Below, one piece after another: positions 8,460 through 17,170 of a stretch of DNA of 51,399 bases (position 1 is the first letter of the stretch; every line of letters starts with the position of its first letter). The position numbers and the translations under genes are program-made. Below the pieces are notes generated by a model. The model was not told the DNA's origin, did not search any database, and saw only the letters and a list, made by a program, of their open reading frames with translations. The DNA lies in the sequence record SRR31156797_2235; one strand, given 5' to 3'.

Positions 8460-9725
8460 ATGTACGTGAATTCTGAAAATATCGAATATATAAAGGAGAA
8501 AATAGCCTCAGCTCCATTATTTGAAGGAACGCAAGGCCACCAGCTTGAAACCATTATAAAAACTTCTATGTTGGTCGATTATCAAAGTGGGCAGGTCATA
8601 TTTGAAAGAGGTGACAGAGCGAACGGGTTTTTCATCATCATTGAAGGAAGGGTTAAAATTCATGTAAGGCAAATAAAGTTTATTGAATTAGGTCCTGGGA
8701 AATATTTTGGTGAATATGCAATGATACAGCAGCAACATCATACATCAACTGTTACTGCAATTGATGATTGTAGATGTTTAGTTATTCCTCCGGATATATT
8801 CGGTAATTTATTGCAGCAAAATCTTCCATTCAGCAATCGGCTTCTTAAAAGTCTCATTCAAAGGTTGCGTTCCAAGGACAAACTAGAGATATCATTGCTT
8901 GAGAAAAACAAGGAGATTAGTGATCAAAATGAAAGAATCAGGAAACAAAACCAAAAGATCAAGGAGCAAAATGAGCGAATTCACGAAAGTATTGAATATG
9001 CTGGCATGATTCAATCAACCATGTTGCCATCGAAAAAACTACTTAACCTAAAACTTGAAAACTACTTTCTTATATTTCACCCGAGAGAGAAGGTTAGCGG
9101 TGATTTTTATTGGTTTGCACAAAAAGACAATAAATACTGTATTGCAGTTAGTGACTGTACAGGTCATGGCGTACCCGGAAGTATGATCAGCATTCTTGGA
9201 GTATCATTTTTAAATGAGATATTCAATCAAGTTAATGAACCCGATCCCGGGAAGATACTATCGAAACTGAACAATAAAATGCAGAATGCATTAAATCAAA
9301 ACAGAGAAAAATACCAGTCTCATGATGGTATGGATATTTCTATTGTATTGATTGATTTTGATAGCATGGAATTATCTTATGCAGGAGCTCAAAGTCCATT
9401 ATATTTACTCAGAAATAATGAACTTACTATTTTCAACCCAGACAAAGTAAATGTTGGAACTGCCCCACATAATTATAAATTTAACAGACAGGATACTCTT
9501 CTTGATAATAATGACATGCTTTATCTATTTACTGATGGAATTTTAGATCAACTTGGGGGTGATGACTTCAAGAGATTTAGTACAAGTAAATTTAAAAAAG
9601 TACTTGAGCAAATTGGTCACCTTTCTTTGGAAAAACAAGAACAAGCAATTTTAGATAATTTTTATGATTGGAAAGGTGAAAACAAGCAAACCGATGACAT
9701 AACACTCCTGGGCATTAGGATATAA
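8460..9725 (+). CDS. cNMP-binding domain plus coiled coil plus SpoIIE/RsbU PP2C phosphatase
   Basis: IFERGD...GKYFGEYA (cNMP); VSGDFYW, DCTGHGVPG, DGMD, FTDG and QTDDIT (SpoIIE). Confidence 0.9.
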   Translation: MYVNSENIEYIKEKIASAPLFEGTQGHQLETIIKTSMLVDYQSGQVIFERGDRANGFFIIIEGRVKIHVRQIKFIELGPGKYFGEYAMIQQQHHTSTVTAIDDCRCLVIPPDIFGNLLQQNLPFSNRLLKSLIQRLRSKDKLEISLLEKNKEISDQNERIRKQNQKIKEQNERIHESIEYAGMIQSTMLPSKKLLNLKLENYFLIFHPREKVSGDFYWFAQKDNKYCIAVSDCTGHGVPGSMISILGVSFLNEIFNQVNEPDPGKILSKLNNKMQNALNQNREKYQSHDGMDISIVLIDFDSMELSYAGAQSPLYLLRNNELTIFNPDKVNVGTAPHNYKFNRQDTLLDNNDMLYLFTDGILDQLGGDDFKRFSTSKFKKVLEQIGHLSLEKQEQAILDNFYDWKGENKQTDDITLLGIRI

Positions 9726-9754
9726 AAAAAGAGGCACTTCAATGAAGTACCTCT
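9724..9754 (-). terminator. Terminator of the tlpA-DUF6029-omp28-T9SS operon
   Basis: Minus strand AGAGGTACTTC-ATT-GAAGTGCCTCT followed by a T run. Confidence 0.8.
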
Positions 9755-9772
9755 CTCAATGCTGTATTAATC

Positions 9773-10477
9773 CTACTTCTTGATAATCTTCTTAGTTTGA
9801 ATGACATTTGAATTATCCATCAATTTAAGCATATAAATGCCACGAGGTAAATCACTTAAATTGAGTTGATAATTTGTAGCACTATTAATTGGTTGTGAAA
9901 TAACCAATTTACCTACGGCGTCATAGATATCAACCTTTGTATCAGGATTGGTGCTTCCATTAAAATATACATTCATAGTTGAAGTCACCGGATTTGGGTA
10001 TGCATTTAGTTCGTTTGTATTTGTATTGAAAATTCCTACAGGACTCACAAAATAATTAACATAAAAAACTAATGTTTCAGAATTATCTGTATTTGTTAGT
10101 GTGATTTTAACAACTGCATCACCACTGTTTTCATATGGCCACAAGTCAACATCGAGAGGCTGACTATCATTAGCTGCAATTGTAAAATCAACTTCAGTTG
10201 TATTTGGGGCATAACAAACATCCAAACAAAAGACTGAAGACATTCCATCTGGAAGTTCAGTATTTTCTTTCAATATATTCATTCTCAACTCCGAAGCTGT
10301 TAAGTTATTGATTACAAAATGCCTTTTAATATCAAAATCATCAGCCATTCCATAGGCTGTCAAGGTATCATTATTTGATACAATCGTATCTGTATTAAGG
10401 ATTTTAACCTCAAAATTTTGAGCTCCTGCAATAAATGCGATTAAAGCAAAAACAATTGATAAGTAGACTTTTTTCAT
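9773..10477 (-). CDS. T9SS type A sorting domain protein with CxxxC motif (start moved to 10477)
   Basis: Signal peptide MKKVYLSIVFALIAFIAGAQ; FCLDVCY; C-terminal domain AYPNP...IYDAVGK...LPRGIYML...KKIIKK. Confidence 0.9.
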   Translation of the reverse strand: MKKVYLSIVFALIAFIAGAQNFEVKILNTDTIVSNNDTLTAYGMADDFDIKRHFVINNLTASELRMNILKENTELPDGMSSVFCLDVCYAPNTTEVDFTIAANDSQPLDVDLWPYENSGDAVVKITLTNTDNSETLVFYVNYFVSPVGIFNTNTNELNAYPNPVTSTMNVYFNGSTNPDTKVDIYDAVGKLVISQPINSATNYQLNLSDLPRGIYMLKLMDNSNVIQTKKIIKK

Positions 10478-10505
10478 AGTATAAAATTTGGGTAGTTTCA
10501 TGAAA

Positions 10506-11303
10506 TTATTCAACTAATTTTCGTTGCTCTCCAGTATAAATTTCTAGGGTATTAGCATCAACAATGATGCCAATTACATATAGATTATTTACATCCCAAC
10601 TTTCATCAACACTAACATTTAAGCTTAGAGAAGCTGTGCCACTATCGAATGAAATACTATTACCGCTTAATCCGGTAAAACACTTTCTTAGTACATGTCG
10701 ATGATCGTAAGGATCAATTTCAGTACCTATCTGAGGGCCTTCTATATGATCTTCAATTATAAAGCCGTAAAACCTTAAATCAGAGTTTACTTCTTCCCTT
10801 TCTGTTATTTCGTAATCAGCAGTTATCACATTGTCATCTAATGTGATATTTGGCTCAATTACAAACTTAGAATACTGAGGAACATAATATCCTACTTCAC
10901 CCTGCCAAGAAGCTGTCGCACCTACAATTGCATTGTCAGGATGCATACTTGAAAAAATTATCGAAGGTGTTGCGGGTTGACCTAATGATTCATATAGCTG
11001 GTCACCAAAAGGGGTACGAAATTCGGGCTCATCACCATGAGGGATTGCAAAAAAACCGGCATGAATACTTATCGGAATTACATGGCCATGATAAACTGAA
11101 TCAATCTGCTCTATTGCAACATGACCTTCCGGGCAATTTGTACAGTGTATACCTGTAAATTCAAATATAACAGCTTTACGTGTCAATTCAGTTGGTTCTT
11201 CTATTTCAATCTGATTTCCATATGGTTCATTAACCTCATCGCAGCTTTGCAAGCTAAAGATTATAAAACCTGTTAATAGAGTTATCAATATATTTTTCAT
11301 CAC
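10506..11303 (-). CDS. Omp28 family outer-membrane lipoprotein (thioredoxin-like CxxC)
   Basis: Lipobox SLQSC followed by acidic DEVNE; EFTGIHCTNCP; ISIHAG; YDHRHVLR. Confidence 0.88.
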   Translation of the reverse strand: MMKNILITLLTGFIIFSLQSCDEVNEPYGNQIEIEEPTELTRKAVIFEFTGIHCTNCPEGHVAIEQIDSVYHGHVIPISIHAGFFAIPHGDEPEFRTPFGDQLYESLGQPATPSIIFSSMHPDNAIVGATASWQGEVGYYVPQYSKFVIEPNITLDDNVITADYEITEREEVNSDLRFYGFIIEDHIEGPQIGTEIDPYDHRHVLRKCFTGLSGNSISFDSGTASLSLNVSVDESWDVNNLYVIGIIVDANTLEIYTGEQRKLVE

Positions 11304-11316
11304 TATTAATTTTAAA

Positions 11317-12945
11317 TTAGAACGTAGAGGAAATTGTTATGTATGCTCCATAAGCAGAGGGTACCTGACGGCATACTCCTCCAACACAAACTATTCCTTC
11401 TCTTTGCTTACCAAAATTGAGTTGGATCCTGTTTCCTCCTTTATTATATCCCATACCCAATGTATAATAATGAACGCGTAAATCTTTATCCTCATTGCCA
11501 TAATTAAACTGATCCATTATAGAAAAAAACCAATGAGGTGAAATAGTATATTCTAACATAGCACTATACCAATCTCCTCTGTCTTGTTCAGTTAATAATA
11601 ATTGCTGTTCTAAACGCACAGTATGACGTTTGAAAAGGCGATAACTAAGATCTAAAACTCCTGTTTTTGCATAAACAATACCACCTTTTCCTTCTATAAT
11701 CTGCTTATTATAACTCACATATTGTACAACTAGTACGCCTTTAAACTTCTTGGTAAACTTACGTTCAATTTTTAAATTAAAATCATCATATAAAAGCTCA
11801 TCAGAAATAGCAAGGAATTGATCTTTGTATCCTAATGTATCATTCTCAAGACCTTCTGTGTCTCTTTCAATATCATGAACTCTTGAATAGTTTAATGTAA
11901 TAAGAGTTCCATATTTTCCTCCAAGCAAAGATTTACGTTTTAGCCTGTAATAAACTTCACCTTGAAAGCCAGCTTCTCCAGTTAATTGGGTAGCATAAGG
12001 ATACATGGCAGCTAAAGCATAAGTATGATTTTGGGTTATAGCTGGTAAATAATTTATCAATAAGTTTTTATCTACTGCTTGATAATCAGACCTAAAACTC
12101 ATATTATCAACCCATTTTCCGTCCAGCACTATTCCGAAAGGTCCTTTTGAATATGTAGCGTTTAGCATTAAAGCATTTCCATCTTTGTATATCAAATCAT
12201 TATCAGCTGAAGGATCATTTGCTTTGTGTGCATACTCTCCTTTTAGTCCAAATAACCCATACTGGTAATTGAATCTCCCGGCAAAAGCTGCAACATTCTC
12301 TGGTAAATTATACTGAATATTTTCATCCTTTTGATACTTCGAAACAATACTACCACCAATAACCAGACGTGATTTCATTGATCCTAGCGTGTCAAAAAGT
12401 TCGTTAATATTTATTTCCGCATCCAAACCGCGGACAATACCTTCGCCTAATTCAAAGTAAACACGTTGTTTTCCATACAATCCCTTAAAATAGACTCCTT
12501 TATACGGATTATACTTCACATGCACACCTTCTAGAGCATTATCGTACCCTAAGTTTTTATCTTCCCATGCTCTTAAAACCAGTCCATTTCCAAACTGATC
12601 ATAAAAATTACCTACGGTAAATTGTAGTTCCTTATTTTTATAAGAAAGAAATTTATAAGGAATACCTGTTCCATCATTCCCTTTTTCAAATCCTTGTAAG
12701 GTATTCAAATAACCTTCAAAACGAAGACCTGCAGTAAAGTTTCCATATTCATATCGGAAATTACCATAAGCATTCATCAATGTTTTTTCAGGTGGAACTT
12801 CAGTACCAATGACTGAATCTTTCAAATAGTACCAGGCTTCTAAATTAAAGTTTCCGCTTAATCTGCCTTTCGGTTGTTCATCGGGTTGGGCAAAAGCAGA
12901 AAAGCCTGTAACTAATATCAGTAGTGATATAATAGTTTTTTTCAT
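11317..12945 (-). CDS. DUF6029 family outer-membrane beta-barrel (start moved to 12945)
   Basis: Signal peptide MKKTIISLL; VGNFYDQFGNGLVLR; C-terminal GKQREGIVCVGGVCRQVP; terminal Phe. Confidence 0.85.
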   Translation of the reverse strand: MKKTIISLLILVTGFSAFAQPDEQPKGRLSGNFNLEAWYYLKDSVIGTEVPPEKTLMNAYGNFRYEYGNFTAGLRFEGYLNTLQGFEKGNDGTGIPYKFLSYKNKELQFTVGNFYDQFGNGLVLRAWEDKNLGYDNALEGVHVKYNPYKGVYFKGLYGKQRVYFELGEGIVRGLDAEININELFDTLGSMKSRLVIGGSIVSKYQKDENIQYNLPENVAAFAGRFNYQYGLFGLKGEYAHKANDPSADNDLIYKDGNALMLNATYSKGPFGIVLDGKWVDNMSFRSDYQAVDKNLLINYLPAITQNHTYALAAMYPYATQLTGEAGFQGEVYYRLKRKSLLGGKYGTLITLNYSRVHDIERDTEGLENDTLGYKDQFLAISDELLYDDFNLKIERKFTKKFKGVLVVQYVSYNKQIIEGKGGIVYAKTGVLDLSYRLFKRHTVRLEQQLLLTEQDRGDWYSAMLEYTISPHWFFSIMDQFNYGNEDKDLRVHYYTLGMGYNKGGNRIQLNFGKQREGIVCVGGVCRQVPSAYGAYITISSTF

Positions 12946-13004
12946 TATAATGTTGTAGTTAGGACACACAAGTAAGAAAAACTAATGGTCAGAGGAAAAT
13001 AAAA

Positions 13005-13487
13005 TTATTTAGTTAGCTCAAGAATTTTTTCGTAAAGCTCCTCTTCATCACCTTCAACATATGAAGTATGCTGCCAAACAATTTTACCATTTCCATCTAA
13101 AAGAAATGTATGTGGTACATTGGCTACATTCATAGCACGCTTAAAGCTTCCATTTTCATCAAGAAATACTTCAAATTGCCATCCTCTAGCATTGACATAA
13201 GGTGCCACTCTACCTGAACTACGGGTATCATCAGTTGAAATAGCGATCAACTTTACGCCTGTTTCATCAACCCAATCATCATAATTATCACTGTAAGCAT
13301 TTAATTCTTTAACACAAGGCTTACACCAAGTAGCCCAAAAGCTTATGACCATTGGCTTACCATCATTATTAAACTTACTTGTGTTAACGGTTTCTCCAGA
13401 AAGCTTTTTCACATCAGCTGAAGGAATTGATTGAGCTGACAAATTTAAAGTGAAAAAAACTAACGTAACAAATAGTAGACTCTTCAT
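13005..13487 (-). CDS. TlpA/ResA family thiol-disulfide oxidoreductase
   Basis: Signal peptide; SFWATWCKPC; cis-Pro motif VPHTFLLD. Confidence 0.93.
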   Translation of the reverse strand: MKSLLFVTLVFFTLNLSAQSIPSADVKKLSGETVNTSKFNNDGKPMVISFWATWCKPCVKELNAYSDNYDDWVDETGVKLIAISTDDTRSSGRVAPYVNARGWQFEVFLDENGSFKRAMNVANVPHTFLLDGNGKIVWQHTSYVEGDEEELYEKILELTK

Positions 13488-13769
13488 AGTTGCGAAATTT
13501 TAGATAATGTTTATTTAAAATGCCATTCCTTAATTTACAAGCAAATACGGGTTTTCAAGCTCGTAGGATTACATTTATCAGGACGCAAGATACAAAAAAG
13601 TTTTACTGATAAAAACTGACAAATATCAACAAGCATAAAAAAATATAACTCTTAATATGTCAAAACATGTTGATTAGTCTATACTTTGGTATTTTTTATA
13701 AAAAAATAATAGGATGAAAACTTAGAATTACTAACTTCAAATCCTAAACACGCCAAACGCCTCACACGT

Positions 13770-15755
13770 ATGAAACTAACTAAAGAAGAATTGGCCTATT
13801 ATAAATTATTGGCCAGGTCTTACCCTACCATTCAGGCAGCTAGTACTGAAATTATCAACTTATCTGCCATATTAAATTTACCCAAAGGAACCGAGCATTT
13901 TATGTCTGATATACATGGAGAATATGAATCATTCATTCATATTGTAAATAATGCATCCGGGGTGGTAAAAAGGAAAATAAATGATGTTTTTGGAGACACC
14001 ATTTCACAAAAAGATAAAGAAGAACTGGGAACCTTGATCTTTTACCCCAAAGATAAAATGAAGCAAATCAAGCATGATAAAGAAGACGAGCTTGAGGACT
14101 GGTACAAAGTCACGCTTTTTAGGTTAGTAGAAGTTTGTAGAAATGCATCAACAAAATATACCCGTTCAAAAGTAAGGAAAGCTTTACCTAAGGACTTTGC
14201 ATATGTAATTGAAGAACTATTGCATGAGCAGGAGAATGCCCCCAATAAGCAAGAATATTACAATGGTATTATTGATACAATCATTAGAATTAGTCGGGCA
14301 GATAATTTTATCGAAGCTATCTCAAATTTAATTCGAAGGCTTGTTATTGATCATCTGCATATTGTAGGAGATATATTTGACAGAGGACCAGAGCCGGATC
14401 GCGTAGTTGATACACTAATGAGTTTTAAAGACGTAGATATACAATGGGGAAACCACGACATACTATGGATGGGAGCTGCCATGGGTTGTCAGGGATGTAT
14501 TTCCAATGTTTTACGCATTTCTGCAAGGTATGAAAATCTTTCCATCATCGAGGAGAATTACGGAATTAACCTAATGCCATTGGCTACATTTGCTATGGAG
14601 ACATATGCTGAGGACCAATGTGAAGTTTTCGCTCCAAAAGAAGAAATTCAAACAGATATATCACCACAGCAGGAATTACTCATACGCCAAATGCATAAAG
14701 CCATTAGTGTAATTCAGTTTAAAATTGAAGCAGCAATAATTGACAGAAATCCATGGTATCAAATGGAAGACCGCAATTTACTGCATAAAATAGATTTTGA
14801 AAATGGCACTGTAGACATTGATGGTAAGAAGTACGATCTTAAAGATTTTAGTTTTCCTACTATTGATCCAAAAGATCCATACATACTGACTATGGATGAA
14901 GAAAAACTAATGCGAAGACTCCAAAACTCTTTTGTGAATGCAGAAAAACTTCAAAAACACTTGCATTATCTTTATGAAATTGGAAGTATGTATCTGGTTT
15001 TCAATAACAACCTACTCTACCATGGTTGTATACCTATGACTGAGAATGGTGATTTTCAGACCATGAAAATCTTTGATAAAGAATACAAAGGAAAGGCACT
15101 GGTTGTCAAACTTGAGCACATTGTAAGAAAAGCATATGCAAATCATTTAAAAGGAACTCCCAACAGTTATGAGCTTGATTTTCTATGGTATTTGTGGGCT
15201 GGCCCAGTATCTCCATTATTTGGAAAGAAAAAAATGGCAACCTTTGAAAGGTATCTAATTGCTGATAAAACTGCTCATGAAGAAGAAAAGAACCCGTATT
15301 TCAAACTTAGAGATGATGAAGCTTCTTGCAGAAAAATACTATCTGATTTTGGAATTGACCCGGAAGAAGGCCATATTGTGAATGGCCATACACCTGTAAA
15401 ACGAAAAAAAGGTGAAAACCCTGTAAAAGGAAATGGAAAATTAATTGTAATTGATGGTGGGCTTTCAAAGCCATATCAAAATATTACCGGAATTGCCGGC
15501 TATACATTAATTTACAATTCATATGGACTTATTTTAGCGGCACATAAGCCATTTTCATCAAGGAAAGAAGCTATCAAGGAAAATATAGATATCTCAACTA
15601 CACAGCAAATTTTGGAACGAAATAACATTCGCAAGCGTGTTGGAGATACTGATATTGGTGTTGAATTAAAAGAACAAATCAAAGATCTAGAAAGATTATT
15701 GGAAGCATATCGTGAAGGCTTTATAAAAGAGCAAACAACCAGAATGCAGAATTAA
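13770..15755 (+). CDS. fbp: Fructose-1,6-bisphosphatase class III
   Basis: LNLPKGTEHFMSDIHGE, VGDIFDRGP, QWGNHD, NGHTPVK and IDGGLSKPY motifs. Confidence 0.95.
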   Translation: MKLTKEELAYYKLLARSYPTIQAASTEIINLSAILNLPKGTEHFMSDIHGEYESFIHIVNNASGVVKRKINDVFGDTISQKDKEELGTLIFYPKDKMKQIKHDKEDELEDWYKVTLFRLVEVCRNASTKYTRSKVRKALPKDFAYVIEELLHEQENAPNKQEYYNGIIDTIIRISRADNFIEAISNLIRRLVIDHLHIVGDIFDRGPEPDRVVDTLMSFKDVDIQWGNHDILWMGAAMGCQGCISNVLRISARYENLSIIEENYGINLMPLATFAMETYAEDQCEVFAPKEEIQTDISPQQELLIRQMHKAISVIQFKIEAAIIDRNPWYQMEDRNLLHKIDFENGTVDIDGKKYDLKDFSFPTIDPKDPYILTMDEEKLMRRLQNSFVNAEKLQKHLHYLYEIGSMYLVFNNNLLYHGCIPMTENGDFQTMKIFDKEYKGKALVVKLEHIVRKAYANHLKGTPNSYELDFLWYLWAGPVSPLFGKKKMATFERYLIADKTAHEEEKNPYFKLRDDEASCRKILSDFGIDPEEGHIVNGHTPVKRKKGENPVKGNGKLIVIDGGLSKPYQNITGIAGYTLIYNSYGLILAAHKPFSSRKEAIKENIDISTTQQILERNNIRKRVGDTDIGVELKEQIKDLERLLEAYREGFIKEQTTRMQN

Positions 15756-15756
15756 T

Positions 15757-15787
15757 AGAAAACCCGGCCTTGCCGGGTTTTTATTTA
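15757..15787. terminator. Bidirectional terminator between fbp and the E2 gene
   Basis: AAAACCCGGC-CTT-GCCGGGTTTT. Confidence 0.9.
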
Positions 15788-17119
15788 TACTGTTCTATTT
15801 TCATCAAATTCTTCTAGGTATTCTCCGACTCGATTCAAAAACATTCCTCCCAGTGCACCATCCACTACCCTATGGTCATAAGACATAGCTAATACCATAA
15901 TATGTCTAATTCCAATTGTATCTCCTTGAGGTGTTTCAATAACAGCAGGTTTCTTTTTTATTGCACCAAGAGCAAGAATAGCAACTTCCGGTTGATTAAT
16001 TACAGGCGTTCCAGTGATATTATTAAATGTACCCACATTGGTTATTGTAAATGTGCCGCCTTGAATTTCATCTGGCTTCAACTTATTATTTCTAGCTCTA
16101 TTAGCCAAATCATTCACACTTCGTGCTAAACCAACAAGATTCTTCTCATCAGCTTGTTTAATAACCGGTACAATTAAATCACCACTTGGCAAGGCCGTAG
16201 CCATTCCAATATTAATTTGTTTATGCACTACAATTTTAGTCCCTGATACTGATACATTTATCATCGGATAATCAGCAATTGCTTTGAGCACTGCTTCTGT
16301 GAAAATTGGAGTGTAAGTTAATTTTTCACCATGTCTTTCGAGAAAGAGGTTTTTATTCTTATTCCTCCAATTCACAATAGGTGTAACATCAACTTCAACA
16401 AAAGAAGTTACATGCGGACTAACTTGTTTACTGGTAACCATATGATCGGCAATAAGCTTTCGCATACGGCTCATTTCCACAATCTCATCACCTGGTAGCG
16501 AAGGAATAGAAATTTCAGCTTTCTTTTGATCTTGTTGTGGAATTGTTACAAGCTCTTGTGTAACCTGTTTGGTTGCTTTTTTAGGATCTTTCAACCAATT
16601 CATTACATCATCCTTAGTAACTCGCCCATTAAGCCCGGTACCTTTAATCTGCGATAATTGCTCTTTACTAATATTCTCTTCTTTCGCAATGCTTTTAACT
16701 AATGGAGAAAAAAACTTATCGGTATCAATCTCAACCACATCTGAAACGTCCTGTTTATTTTCTACGACAACTTCTGCATTAGTTTCACCCTCTTCCTGAA
16801 CATTTTCTTTATTGTCTACCTTAGTTGCCTCTTCACCACCGTCCGTTAAAATCAATGATTCATCTACACCATCAATTGAATCTACTTCAATTACAGCAAT
16901 TAGGTCACCAACTTTGGGCACATCATTTTCATTAAAAAGTAATCGGGTAATTTTTCCGGAAACAGGTGCTGGTATTTCACTGTCTACCTTATCTGTGGCA
17001 ATTTCTACAATCGGATCATCTTCCTCAACCTGATCTCCCACTTGCTTCAACCACTGTGTTATTGTAGCTTCAATAACTCCTTCGCCCATTGCCGGGAGTA
17101 ATACTTTAATTTTAGCCAT
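15785..17119 (-). CDS. 2-oxoacid dehydrogenase E2 (dihydrolipoamide acyltransferase)
   Basis: Lipoyl domain IATDKVDSEIPAP; E3-binding SPLVKSIA...GTGLNGRVTKDD; catalytic SYDHRVVDG. Confidence 0.95.
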   Translation of the reverse strand: MAKIKVLLPAMGEGVIEATITQWLKQVGDQVEEDDPIVEIATDKVDSEIPAPVSGKITRLLFNENDVPKVGDLIAVIEVDSIDGVDESLILTDGGEEATKVDNKENVQEEGETNAEVVVENKQDVSDVVEIDTDKFFSPLVKSIAKEENISKEQLSQIKGTGLNGRVTKDDVMNWLKDPKKATKQVTQELVTIPQQDQKKAEISIPSLPGDEIVEMSRMRKLIADHMVTSKQVSPHVTSFVEVDVTPIVNWRNKNKNLFLERHGEKLTYTPIFTEAVLKAIADYPMINVSVSGTKIVVHKQINIGMATALPSGDLIVPVIKQADEKNLVGLARSVNDLANRARNNKLKPDEIQGGTFTITNVGTFNNITGTPVINQPEVAILALGAIKKKPAVIETPQGDTIGIRHIMVLAMSYDHRVVDGALGGMFLNRVGEYLEEFDENRTV

Positions 17120-17170
17120 AACTATTTTTGAAATGTAATTTCTGTAAATTTAAACCAACAGTAATACAAA

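Noticed and set aside
9773-13487. Selenocysteine recoding in the redox operon
   Set aside because: All motif positions are TGT/TGC Cys codons and the ORFs are uninterrupted
13770-15755. Firmicutes-type class III fbp (and short-type pgi) as recent horizontal transfer
   Set aside because: Both forms are normal in Bacteroidales, and there are no mobility signatures
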